A stretch of DNA of 64,000 nucleotides from Nannocystis bainbridge (GTDB lineage: Bacteria > Myxococcota_A > Polyangia > Nannocystales > Nannocystaceae), in assembly GCF_028368995.1 (NCBI RefSeq), contig NZ_JAQNDL010000002.1:1632001-1696000 (forward strand), read 5' to 3'. The position numbers and the translations under genes are program-made. The first letter of the stretch is position 1; the number at the start of each line of letters is the position of its first letter. Below are positions 1-12,226 of this stretch, piece by piece. Under the pieces are notes generated by a model. It did not search any database, had not been told where the DNA came from, and saw nothing but the letters and a program-made list of their open reading frames with translations.

Positions 1-2
1 AG

Positions 3-2243
3 ACTGGCCGCGCCGTCCACGAGGCCGCGCGGGCCCGCGACGCCAACCGCCTGGCCCAGGCCCTCGCCGGCGCGCGCGGCGATCCGACCACCGTGCTGGC
101 CCTGCTGCGCGAAGTCGAAGATCCGGCCGCCGCGTCCGGGTGGGTGCCCGCGGCCGTGTCGGCGCTGCTGCACCCGGTCAGCGTCGCCGTCCTGCGCGGC
201 CGCGGGGCCGCCCTGCAGGTCGCCGCGTTCAGCCCCGACGGCGCCCGGATCGCCGCCGCCGGCGAGGATCGGCGCGTGACCCTTTGGTCATGGCCCGAAG
301 ACCATGTCCTGAAGATCCACGAGCACCAGGGCCCCGTGCGCGCCGTCGCCTTCGCCCCCGGCGGCGCGCTCGTCAGCGGCGCCGAGGACGGCGCGGCCGT
401 GTGGCAGGATCCGCCGCTGCGCCTGCCCGCGTCGGCCGGCGCCGACCTGCGGGCCTTCGCCCTCGCGCCCGACGGCCGCACCCTCGTCACCGGCGGCGGC
501 GACGGCCGCGTGCGCGCTTGGGACCTGGGGGCCGCGCCGCCGCGCCCGCGCGAGCTGGCCCGCCACGAGGGACCTGTCCATGCGGTCCTGTTCGACAGGA
601 CAGGTCACCTCGTCGCATCCGCCGGCGCCGACGGGGCCGCGCGCATCGTCGACCTGCGCGCCGGTCCTCCGCGCTCCCTGGCCCACCCGAGCGGCGCCGT
701 GCGCAGCGCTGCGTTCAGCCCCGACGGCCGCAAGCTCGCCACCGGGGCCCAGGACGGGCTCGTGCGGGTGTGGGACACCCAGGGCTCGGGCGCGCCGGCG
801 CTGCTGCGCGGACACGCCGACGAGGTCGTCGCCCTGGCCTGGAGCCCCGACGGCGAGCACCTCGCGTCCGCCTCGCTCGACCGCAGCGCCCGCCTGTGGA
901 CCGCCGCGGGCGCCCTCCAGCGGACCCTGCGCGGCCACGACGGCCGCGTCTACGCCGTCGCCTGGAGCCCCGCCGGCGAGCGCCTCGTCACCGCCTCGCA
1001 GGACGGCACCGCCCGCGTCTGGCCGGTCGCCGGCGCACCTGTCCCCGGGGACATGCCGCTGGTCCTGCGCGGCCACGGCGAGGCGGTGGTCGCCGCCGGC
1101 TTCAGCCCCGCCGGCGACCACGTCGTCACCGCCTCGCGCGACGGCACCGCCCGCGTCTGGCGGGTCCGCGGCGGCGATCCGCTGGTCCGCGCCGTCGCGC
1201 TCGGCGGCCCCGTCGATCACCTGGTCTGGACCGCCGCCGGCCTGCACGCCGTCCGCACCGACGGCCGCGGCTTTCACCTCGCGTCGCGGGACATGCCCGA
1301 TAGGTCAGGCCCCAAAGGACATGTCGAAAAGGACATGTCATCCTCGCCAGACGAGTCCCGCGCGCGCCCCAGCCCGCTCGCCGGCGGCCCCGCCCCTTCC
1401 ATGTTCCTCGGGCCAGGTACGAACGGACATGTCCTCACCATCACCCGCGCCGGGGCCCTGCAGGGCTGGGACGACGCCCGCCGGCCGCTGCGGCCGCGCC
1501 CGCTCGACCCCGCGGCCGCGGCCGCGGCCGTCACCGCCGACCTCACCCTCGCCGCCCTCGCCGTGCCCGACGGCGCCCGTCTTTTCGACCTGTCCGATGG
1601 GACATCTCGCGCCCTGACCGGCCACCGCGGCAGCGTCACCGCCCTGGCCTTCTCGCCCGACGGCAGCAGGCTCGCCACCGGCGCCGCCGACCGCACGGCC
1701 CGGCTCTACGACGTGCGCGACCTCGCCGCCCCGCGCGAGCTCGGGCCGCACTCGGGCAGCGTCACGGTCCTCGCCTTCTCACCCGACGGCCAGCGGCTGG
1801 CCACGGGCTCGTGGGACCGCCGGGTCCGGATCTGGCCGCTCGACGGGTCCGCGCCGACGATCCTCGAGGAGCACAGCGGCCCGGTGCGCGCGCTCGCCTG
1901 GCGTCCCGACGGCGCCGCCCTCGCTACCGCCAGCGACGACGCGACGGTGCGGGTCTGGCCGCTCGACGGCCGCGACGAGCCGGTGGTCCTGACCGGCCAC
2001 CAGGGCCCCGTGCGCGCCCTCGCGTGGTCACCCGCCGGCCCGCACCTCGCCTCGGCCGGCGACGACGGCCAGCTCCGCCTGTGGTCGGCCGACTTCGCCC
2101 CCGCGACCCTGCAGGCCCGCCTGCGCGCCGCCTCGCCGGTGTGCCTGTCGGCGCGCCAGCGCGGCCAGCTGCTCGGCGAACCCCCAGCCCTCGCCGAGGC
2201 CAACGCGAGCGCGTGCCAGAGCGCGCGCGAACCGGCGCCGTGA
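3..2243 (+). CDS. WD40-repeat protein (5'-truncated by window edge; probably the C-terminal part of a large kinase/NTPase-WD40 protein)
   Basis: More than 12 GH...AFSPDG...SGxDxTxRxW repeats. Frame is open back to position 3 (TGRAVHEAARARDANRLA...DPTTVLALLRE). Confidence 0.9.
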   Translation, partial: TGRAVHEAARARDANRLAQALAGARGDPTTVLALLREVEDPAAASGWVPAAVSALLHPVSVAVLRGRGAALQVAAFSPDGARIAAAGEDRRVTLWSWPEDHVLKIHEHQGPVRAVAFAPGGALVSGAEDGAAVWQDPPLRLPASAGADLRAFALAPDGRTLVTGGGDGRVRAWDLGAAPPRPRELARHEGPVHAVLFDRTGHLVASAGADGAARIVDLRAGPPRSLAHPSGAVRSAAFSPDGRKLATGAQDGLVRVWDTQGSGAPALLRGHADEVVALAWSPDGEHLASASLDRSARLWTAAGALQRTLRGHDGRVYAVAWSPAGERLVTASQDGTARVWPVAGAPVPGDMPLVLRGHGEAVVAAGFSPAGDHVVTASRDGTARVWRVRGGDPLVRAVALGGPVDHLVWTAAGLHAVRTDGRGFHLASRDMPDRSGPKGHVEKDMSSSPDESRARPSPLAGGPAPSMFLGPGTNGHVLTITRAGALQGWDDARRPLRPRPLDPAAAAAAVTADLTLAALAVPDGARLFDLSDGTSRALTGHRGSVTALAFSPDGSRLATGAADRTARLYDVRDLAAPRELGPHSGSVTVLAFSPDGQRLATGSWDRRVRIWPLDGSAPTILEEHSGPVRALAWRPDGAALATASDDATVRVWPLDGRDEPVVLTGHQGPVRALAWSPAGPHLASAGDDGQLRLWSADFAPATLQARLRAASPVCLSARQRGQLLGEPPALAEANASACQSAREPAP

Positions 2244-2553
2244 GGCGCATCCCTGACTCGCGCGCCCGCGGACGCATTCCCGGACGAGGAAGCGACGCGC
2301 GCCGTCCTTCGCAAATTCGTGCGCCTGCCGACGCAATTTCGAGACGATGGGGCGATACGCATCGCCCCTCCGCAAACTCGATCGCTCCGGCCAGCACACC
2401 CGGGCGACCTCGAGCTCGCGGGTCGTGGACTCGAGGCGACACGCTCGCGCTTTCTCGAATTCGCCTCGGCGACATCTCGGTCCTTCATGGGCATCCGCCC
2501 GCGCGAACGCGTCCAGTGAACGTCACCGCCCCGGCGTGCTAAAACCTCGCCCC

Positions 2554-3447
2554 ATGCATCGTCGCAGCGCCGCCGTCGTCACGATCGTCGCGCTCGCGCT
2601 GGCCGGCGCCCCCGCGCCTGCCCGCGCCCAGCAGCCCGCGGCCCCCGCGTACGAGCCCGCGCCGCCGCCCACGCAGGAGGTCGTTCGGATCGCCGAGTCC
2701 GCGCCGCCGCCCCTGCAGGAGCCGCCCCCGCCCGCGGCCTACGACACCGTCATCCTGCGCGACGGCAGCGTCCTGCGCGGCACCATCCTCGAGCTCCACC
2801 AGGACCGCGAGGTCATCATCCAGCTCACCGGCGGGCTGCGCACGATCGCCTGGGCGGACATCGCCTCGACCACCTTCGCCGGCGCGGCGACAGGTCCCCA
2901 GGGACAGGCTCCGCAACCTTCGGGACATGTCCCTGCGGACAGCCTCGCCGTCGCCGTCGCGCCCGAGGACGAGGTCGCGCCGGGCCCGAGCCGGCCGCGG
3001 ATCTTCATCGAGGTCACGCGCCCGGCCGACGTCCACCTGCTCGAGGGCACGCCCACGGCGAACAGCAACACGCAGATGGGCCGCGGCCCCCGCACGGTCT
3101 GTCGCGCTCCGTGCGGCAAGGTCATCGACGGCCGCGCCGGCTACCCGTTCCATTTTGGCGGCGACCGGGTCATGCCGTCGTCGACCTTCTTCCTCAAGGA
3201 TCTCGAGGGCGAGTACGTCGCCCGCGTCCAGCCCGGCCGCCGCGGTCTCCTCATCGGCGGCATGCTGCTGTCAGGCTACGGGGCCGGCGGCGCGCTGGCC
3301 GGCGGCATGCTCACCGCGCTCGGCAACGACCGCGACCGTCGCACCGTCGGCAGCGTGATCCTGGGCGTCGGCCTGGCGATGCTGATCGGCGGCATCGCCA
3401 TGGCGATCCGCGGCACGACCCGCTACAGCCTCACGCGCCGCCGCTGA
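2554..3447 (+). CDS. Hypothetical exported protein with C-terminal transmembrane hairpin
   Basis: ATG 2554, signal peptide (AVVTIVALALAGAPAPARA), Pro-rich linker, DTVILRDGSVLRGTI domain, two C-terminal hydrophobic helices, GC3-biased codons. Confidence 0.75.
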   Translation: MHRRSAAVVTIVALALAGAPAPARAQQPAAPAYEPAPPPTQEVVRIAESAPPPLQEPPPPAAYDTVILRDGSVLRGTILELHQDREVIIQLTGGLRTIAWADIASTTFAGAATGPQGQAPQPSGHVPADSLAVAVAPEDEVAPGPSRPRIFIEVTRPADVHLLEGTPTANSNTQMGRGPRTVCRAPCGKVIDGRAGYPFHFGGDRVMPSSTFFLKDLEGEYVARVQPGRRGLLIGGMLLSGYGAGGALAGGMLTALGNDRDRRTVGSVILGVGLAMLIGGIAMAIRGTTRYSLTRRR

Positions 3448-3498
3448 CGCCAGCGCCTCACGTGCCTCCGCGGTGACGCGCCGCCGCTGATGCCAAAA

Positions 3499-3538
3499 GT
3501 CCGAAGGGACATGTCCGAGTAGACATGTCCCTTCGGAC
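3499..3538. repeat. Perfect 17-bp inverted repeat built from the 14-bp motif, between convergent genes
   Basis: GTCCGAAGGGACATGTC-cgagta-GACATGTCCCTTCGGAC. CATG at 3510 and 3524. Confidence 0.9.
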
Positions 3539-3585
3539 CTTGCGCAACGGTCATGCGGCCGCGGCCGCGAAGCCCGGCGCGCGCG

Positions 3586-5280
3586 TCAGCCCGGCGTCAC
3601 GCCCGGCTCGGCCGCCTCGAGCGACCACTCCCACGCGTCGAGCAGCACCAGCGAGTCGAAGATGTGGCCGCCGGTGTCCCAGATCGCCAGACGAATCTCC
3701 ATGATCTCGCCCGGCTCGACGTTGCCGCGCAGCGTCAGCCAGCCGGTGCCGCCGCCGATCATCGTCTGCGCCGGCTCGCAGGTCGAGTTGTCCTTCTGGT
3801 CGAAGCCGGTGCCGATGAGCTCTGCCGTGCTCTCGCAGCCGTTGTAGTCGGAGGTCGGGACGCCCTGGGCCGCGCAGCCGACCTCGCCGCCCTGGCACTG
3901 GGTGAACAGGCCGGCGGCGACCTTGACGAGGTTGACGCCGATCGGCCACAGCGTCTTGCCGTCGTCGTAGATCGCCACGTTCTTGTCGTCCGGGTTGCCG
4001 TCGGCGTCCGAGTCGACCAGGGCGACGAAGAAGTCGTTGTACTGGCTGCACACGTACTCGGGGTACTCGGCCGAGAAGAAGTACATCTTGGTCGAGAACG
4101 ACTTGGCGTTGGTCGGGACCCGGATCCGCAGCTTGAGCATGATCGGGTCGTTGGCCGACGGCACCAGCGGCACGTTGCAGCCGGGCGGGTTGGGCAGCTT
4201 GCCGCCGATCGCCGTCCACCAGTCCTGCGGCGGCGGGCTCGAGGTGCCGAGGTTGGCGCCGCCCTCGAACTTCACGAAGTTCGGCTTGGTGTCGTTGGCG
4301 TCGGCGGCGTGGCCGCTCGACAGGATCATCAGGCGGCTGTGCTTCTGCGGCGCGATCGTGTCGCCGAAGCCGGCGCGGATCGAGCGCGACGCGGCCGCCG
4401 GCAGACCTGTCCCATCGGCCAGGCTGAACTTGCCGCCGATGACGCCCCAGGTCCGGTCCTTCGGGTCCGCCGGGTTCTCGACCGTCATCTGGCACAGGTC
4501 GAGCGCGCGGGCGTAGTCGAGGGGATCGGCCGAGTCGCTGGCGAGCGCGGCGTCGCAGCTCGGCGCCTCCTCGTCGACGGTGCCGTCGCAGTCGTCGTCG
4601 ACGGTGTTGCCGACGAACTCGTAGGCGCCCGGGTTGACCCGCTCCGGATCGGAGCACGCGCCGCTGGCGACGTCGCAGCAGTCGCCGCTGCACACGCCCC
4701 AGCCGTCCCCGTCCTCGTCGGCGTCCTCGTCGACGTCGCCGTCGCAGTCGTCGTCGATCTCGTTGCCGCAGGCCTCGGGGGCTGGCCACACCGCGCCCTC
4801 GCACGCGCCAAAGCCGAGCCCGCCGTCGAGGCAGGTCCGCACCCCGGACACGCAAGCGCCGACGTCCTGGGTGCCGTCGGGCCCGCCATAGCACGGCTCC
4901 TCCTGGCCCGGCTCGCACGGCTGGCTGCACACCCCGGCCTCGATGTCGCACTTCGGGCCGTCCGGGCTGTCTTTACATTCCTGGTCCGAAGAACATGGTG
5001 TTCCGGACATGCTCGTCGAGTCGGTGACGACGCTCTCGGTCGTCGTCGTGGTGGTCCCGGCCGTCGTCGGCTCCGGCCCCGTGGTCGGCTCGGCGGTGGT
5101 GACCTCGCCGGTGCCCGTGGTCGTCACGGGCGCCGTGGTCGCGCTGCCTGCCGACGACTCGGTCGCCGAGGCGAACCCGTTGGTGGTGGCGTCCTGACCG
5201 CCCCCGCAGGCGAGGAGCGCCCACAGCGGCAGCGTGGTGACGGCCGCAGACGGCCCGGTGATTCGTGGGTAACGAGACAT
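3586..5280 (-). CDS. Cys/Asp-rich lipoprotein with putative metal-binding (CNxxDDDCDG) repeats and choice-of-anchor-L-like C-terminal domain
   Basis: Lipobox LLAC, Thr-rich linker, EACGNEIDDDCDG repeats, FFSAEYPEYVCSQYNDFF and IWDTGGHIFDSLVLLD motifs. Confidence 0.8.
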   Translation of the reverse strand: MSRYPRITGPSAAVTTLPLWALLACGGGQDATTNGFASATESSAGSATTAPVTTTGTGEVTTAEPTTGPEPTTAGTTTTTTESVVTDSTSMSGTPCSSDQECKDSPDGPKCDIEAGVCSQPCEPGQEEPCYGGPDGTQDVGACVSGVRTCLDGGLGFGACEGAVWPAPEACGNEIDDDCDGDVDEDADEDGDGWGVCSGDCCDVASGACSDPERVNPGAYEFVGNTVDDDCDGTVDEEAPSCDAALASDSADPLDYARALDLCQMTVENPADPKDRTWGVIGGKFSLADGTGLPAAASRSIRAGFGDTIAPQKHSRLMILSSGHAADANDTKPNFVKFEGGANLGTSSPPPQDWWTAIGGKLPNPPGCNVPLVPSANDPIMLKLRIRVPTNAKSFSTKMYFFSAEYPEYVCSQYNDFFVALVDSDADGNPDDKNVAIYDDGKTLWPIGVNLVKVAAGLFTQCQGGEVGCAAQGVPTSDYNGCESTAELIGTGFDQKDNSTCEPAQTMIGGGTGWLTLRGNVEPGEIMEIRLAIWDTGGHIFDSLVLLDAWEWSLEAAEPGVTPG

Positions 5281-5511
5281 CGCGTGCACCTCCGGGCTCG
5301 CGGGACGCGAGCGCGCAAGCTATGCCAAAAAGCCCCTGCAGGTGCACGAGGCCCGGTCTTCCGTCAACTCACGCGTGACCCCGGCGTGACCGCTGGGCGG
5401 CGGGCCCTCGAGGGCGTGACACCTCGCTGTCACTTGCTCCTGCAACGGACACTCGTTCATGACGGCGTCGTCATTGCGCCGCGGGGAACGAACCGGTTAT
5501 CGTGGCCCCCG

Positions 5512-8220
<2,709 letters not shown>

Positions 8221-8254
8221 CGCCGCAGGTCGCGCTCGCCTAGACTCGGGCCCG

Positions 8255-10405
8255 GTGCCGCGTTCTCCGGGCCGCTCCCCCCTCGCCTCGGTCCCGTTCG
8301 GGCCGGGGCGTTTTGCGTCGCACGACGCGGGCCGCTCGCCTGGCGAACCATCGCGCGGGAGCACGGTCCGCGGCTCCACGTCGCCGCGCGCTCCGGGCAT
8401 CGCCTCGCCGTCGCGCTCGCGCACCCTGCTCGCGCTCGCCGGCCTGTGCAGCGTCCTGCTACCGGGTGACGCATCCGCCGAGCCCGCGCGGCGCTGGCCG
8501 CTGTGGCCCACCGAGGTCTCGCGGGCGGCCGAGCCGCTGATCGGCGCGCCCGAGAGCGAGCTGCGGCTCGTCCGCGACAGCCGACGCGTCGCCGCCGTCC
8601 GCGACCTCGACGGGTTCGCCACCCCGCTCGTCGCCCCGATCCTCGTCACCGCGCTCGAGGACCGCTCGAGCGCCGTCCGCCGCGAGGTCCTGCAGTCGTG
8701 CCTCGAGCGGCAGCTGCTCGCCTGCGCCCCGGCGGCGCGCAAGATCTGGCAGACCGAGCTCGATGACGCCGCGCTCCGCGTCGCCGCGCTCCGCGTCGTC
8801 GTGCTCGCCGCCGACCCCGAGCGCCTGCAGCTGTTCCTCACCGCCCTGCGCGACCCCGACCCCCTGATCCGCGCCGAGTCGATGCGCACCTTCGCGGCCG
8901 CGACCTGGCCCAAAGACCAGCTCGCGCTCGTGCGCACCAACCTGATCGCCAAGCTCGCCGATCCGACCCCGGAGGTCCGGCGGGCCGCCGCGCACGGCCT
9001 CGGCGTGCTCGGTCCCGACGACCCGCGCACCGGCCGGTCCGACGGCGCCCTGCCGCTCACCCGCTTGCTCGTCGACCCCGATCCGCAGGTCCGCCAGGAC
9101 ACCGCCGACGCGCTCGCGCGCCTGCGCGACAGCCGGGCCGCGCCGGCCCTGCTGCGCGCGCTCCAGGTCGGCGACGAGACCTACGTCGGTCGCAGCCTGC
9201 TGCACGCGTTCGCGGCCTTGCCCGGGCCTGCCGGCAAGCCCGGCGACGGACCCGACGGCCTCGACGTCGACGCCGAGCTGCTGCGCCTGCTCGACGCCCC
9301 GCCGCGCAACCTGCTGCCGCGGCACGTCGCCGAGGCCATCGCCCGCCGGCGCAGCCCTGGCGCCGCCCTGGCCGAGGGCCTGGTCGCCCGCCTCCGCGAG
9401 GACGCGCTGCGCCAGACCGAGGCGCACACACTGCGTCAGCCCGCGCTCGACGCCCTGCTCGGCCTCGGCGAGGCCGCCCGCCCGGCCCTGACCGCCGCCC
9501 TCGCCCGCGGCCTCGAGCCGCCGCTCGAGCGAGAGATCCGGCGCCTGCTCGCCGCCCTCGATCCGCCGCGCACCGCCGCCCTGTTCGCCGCCCCGTGGCC
9601 GGCCGACGCCGACCGCGAGGCCTGGCAGCGCGCCCTCGGCGAGCCCGACCCTGCCGGCCGCCTGCGGGCCGCCGCGGCTCTCGGCGCGCGCGCCCCCGAT
9701 TGGCTCGGCGGCGCCGCCGGCCACCGCCTCGAGCTGGCCGGCAGCCCGGAATTGCGGCGCCCGTGGCTGCTCGCGCTCGCCGGCGCCCCCGGCTGGACCG
9801 CCGTCGACGACGCGCTGGCGCTGCGCCTCGCCGTCTGGGCCGACGACCCGACCCTCGCCAGCGCCGATCGCTGCCTCGCCGTGGCCGCCCTCGCCCGCCT
9901 GCGCCACGGCGGCGCCACCTTCCTGCGCGCCGCCGCCCGCCAGGCCGCCGCCGCCGACCCGGGCGTGCGCGCCTGCACGGCCGCCGCGCTCGCCTGGGCC
10001 TCGCCCCGCCTCGCCGACCCGCTGCTCGCCGGTCTCCTGCGTGACGCATCGGCGCGCGTCCGCACCAGCGCCGCCCTCGCGCTCGCCTGCCGCGACCGGC
10101 CCGACCCCGGATTCGCGCCCCAGCTGGCGCTGATGGCCGCCCGCGACCCCGAGCCGGCCGTCCTGCGCGCCGTCGAACTCGCCCGCGCCCCCGAGCCCTG
10201 CGACAGCTGGGGCCTCGTGATCGCCCCGCCCGGCGAGGCCGGCCCGTGGCTGCCCCTGCGGCTGCGCGGCCACGAGCTCCAGGCTCCGGCCGAGACCGTC
10301 GGCAGCCTGCGCTTCGCCCTCGGCCCCGGCCTGGCCGCCGCGACCCTCCGTGACCTGCCCGGCCCGCCGGTCGAAGTCACGAGCCCGCGGATCGGCTTCG
10401 ACTGA
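8255..10405 (+). CDS. HEAT-repeat protein (start uncertain)
   Basis: Repeated LxDPDPxVRxxAAxALxxL units, coding-like codon bias. Confidence 0.75.
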   Translation: MPRSPGRSPLASVPFGPGRFASHDAGRSPGEPSRGSTVRGSTSPRAPGIASPSRSRTLLALAGLCSVLLPGDASAEPARRWPLWPTEVSRAAEPLIGAPESELRLVRDSRRVAAVRDLDGFATPLVAPILVTALEDRSSAVRREVLQSCLERQLLACAPAARKIWQTELDDAALRVAALRVVVLAADPERLQLFLTALRDPDPLIRAESMRTFAAATWPKDQLALVRTNLIAKLADPTPEVRRAAAHGLGVLGPDDPRTGRSDGALPLTRLLVDPDPQVRQDTADALARLRDSRAAPALLRALQVGDETYVGRSLLHAFAALPGPAGKPGDGPDGLDVDAELLRLLDAPPRNLLPRHVAEAIARRRSPGAALAEGLVARLREDALRQTEAHTLRQPALDALLGLGEAARPALTAALARGLEPPLEREIRRLLAALDPPRTAALFAAPWPADADREAWQRALGEPDPAGRLRAAAALGARAPDWLGGAAGHRLELAGSPELRRPWLLALAGAPGWTAVDDALALRLAVWADDPTLASADRCLAVAALARLRHGGATFLRAAARQAAAADPGVRACTAAALAWASPRLADPLLAGLLRDASARVRTSAALALACRDRPDPGFAPQLALMAARDPEPAVLRAVELARAPEPCDSWGLVIAPPGEAGPWLPLRLRGHELQAPAETVGSLRFALGPGLAAATLRDLPGPPVEVTSPRIGFD

Positions 10406-10908
10406 CGCGTGCCCGCTCCTCGCTCGCGCCGGCGCTGCGGACCGGCCTCGCTGCCGCTCCGCCGCAGGCGCACCTTCACAGTCGCCCGCTTCAGTCACGG
10501 CGCGTCCCGATCGCGTCGCCGCTTCGAAGGGAGCGCACCTTCACGTCACGAGGCGAGGAACCGTCTTCGCGCTCTTATCGGTCGGTCGGCGGGCTGCGTG
10601 GCCTCGTCGGCGACCACTCTCGCTGCGGGCCGCCACGCGGCACCCGCTGTCACGGCGCTCAACGTCCGTCCTCGCGCCGGCCCTGTAAAGAAGATCGGCC
10701 TCGCGCTCCCCTGCGGCCCTGCCACCCCGGCGTTGCGAATCGTGTATCGCAGCCCCCGCGGACCTCGGGCCGTCGGCTCGAAGTCATCAAAAGTTGCTTT
10801 CTCGCCAAGAAAGCAATCGTCCAAGGCTCCCCGATCCTCCCCCTTCCGGCAACCGCTGGCAATCACAACCTTTTTCGTCTGGACTCAGTCTTGCTCATTA
10901 GGTCGGGC

Positions 10909-11472
10909 ATGCGAGCCGTGACCCCTGCCGACGAGTTCCTGGCCCAGATCAACCCTCACCTGCCGCGCCTGACCAGCGTCGGCATGCGCCTCACCCGGCA
11001 GCGCAGCGAGGCCCAGGACCTGGTGCAGGAGGCCCTGACCAAGGCGTGGGCCAACTGGCACCGCTTCCGGCCCGGCGGCAGCCTCGGCGCCTGGCTGTCG
11101 CGGATCCTGGTCAACACCTTCATCTCGCGCCACCGCCACCAGCGCGTCGTCGACGTCACCGCCAGCCGCAGCGACATCGCCGAGCACATGTTCGACGCCG
11201 CCCGGATCGACGCCTGCAGCGCCCCCGAGGCCGCCTGGCACGCCGAGGGCCTGTCCGACGAAGTCGCCGCTGCGCTCGCCGCTCTGCCGCCGAACTACCG
11301 CGAGGTCGTCGAGCTCGTCGACCTGCACGGCCTCGCCTACCGCGAGGCCTCCGAGCAGCTCGGCTGTCCGCTCGGCACCGTGATGAGCCGTTTGCACCGC
11401 GCGCGCCGGCTGCTCCGCGACCAGCTCTCGGACTATGCTCAGCAGCACGGCCTCGCCGCCGCCGCCGCCTGA
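10909..11472 (+). CDS. ECF RNA polymerase sigma-70 factor
   Basis: Region 2 EAQDLVQEAL...AWLSRILVN, region 4 LAYREASEQLGCPLGTVMSRLHRAR. Confidence 0.92.
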   Translation: MRAVTPADEFLAQINPHLPRLTSVGMRLTRQRSEAQDLVQEALTKAWANWHRFRPGGSLGAWLSRILVNTFISRHRHQRVVDVTASRSDIAEHMFDAARIDACSAPEAAWHAEGLSDEVAAALAALPPNYREVVELVDLHGLAYREASEQLGCPLGTVMSRLHRARRLLRDQLSDYAQQHGLAAAAA

Positions 11473-12035
11473 TGCTCGCCCCTCGATCGCGCCGCTTCCT
11501 CGCCTGTCTCTTGGGACTGGTGCTCTCCTCCGCCTGCGAGGGCAAGCCCGGCGCCGGCGCGACGGCCAGGACCGGCGGCGCCGCCCCGGTGCTCGCCCTC
11601 GGCGCGCCGGTCCCCGCCTTCGCCGGCACCACCTTGCGCGGCGAGCCGCTCAGCCTCGCCGACCTGCGCGGCCGCGTCGTCCTCCTCAACGTCTGGGCCA
11701 CCTGGTGCGACCCCTGCCGCGAGGAGCTGCCCGACCTGCAGGCGCTGCACGTCCGCCACGAGCCCGAGGGCCTCACCGTCGTCGGCGTCAGCACCGACGC
11801 CGCGCGCGACGCCCGGACCCTGCGCAACATGGTCGCCGGCTTCGGCCTCACCTACCCGATCGTCCACGACGAGCGCAACGTCGTCAGCGGCCCGTTCCAG
11901 GTCATCGGCTACCCGGCCAGCTACCTCGTCGACCGCGCCGGCAACCTCCGCTGGCGCCGCGACGGCCGGATCCCCACCGGCGACCCCGAGCTCGCCGCCG
12001 CCCTCGCAGCGGCGCTGGCCGAGCCTGCGCCGTAG
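11472..12035 (+). CDS. TlpA/ResA-family thiol-disulfide oxidoreductase lipoprotein
   Basis: VVLLNVWATWCDPCREELP (WCxxC). TGATG overlap with the sigma gene stop. Confidence 0.9.
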   Translation: MLAPRSRRFLACLLGLVLSSACEGKPGAGATARTGGAAPVLALGAPVPAFAGTTLRGEPLSLADLRGRVVLLNVWATWCDPCREELPDLQALHVRHEPEGLTVVGVSTDAARDARTLRNMVAGFGLTYPIVHDERNVVSGPFQVIGYPASYLVDRAGNLRWRRDGRIPTGDPELAAALAAALAEPAP

Positions 12036-12178
12036 AGCATGTCCGTGCGGACATGCCCTCGCGGACGTGTCGCTTCGGACATGTTCACAAGGCCGCCCGC
12101 GCGTCCAGGCCGACCGAGCCTGCGCCGCAGAGCATGTCCGTGAGGACATGCCCTCGCAGACATGTCGCTTCAGACATG
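12019..12178. repeat. Two ~65-bp direct repeats (95-bp period), each with four 14-bp-phased motif junctions
   Basis: CATG/CGTG at 12038, 12052, 12066, 12080 and 12133, 12147, 12161, 12175. Confidence 0.9.
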
Positions 12179-12226
12179 ACCGCGAGGCCAGCTCACTCGC
12201 GCAGCGGCGACCGCCGCGCGAGCGGC

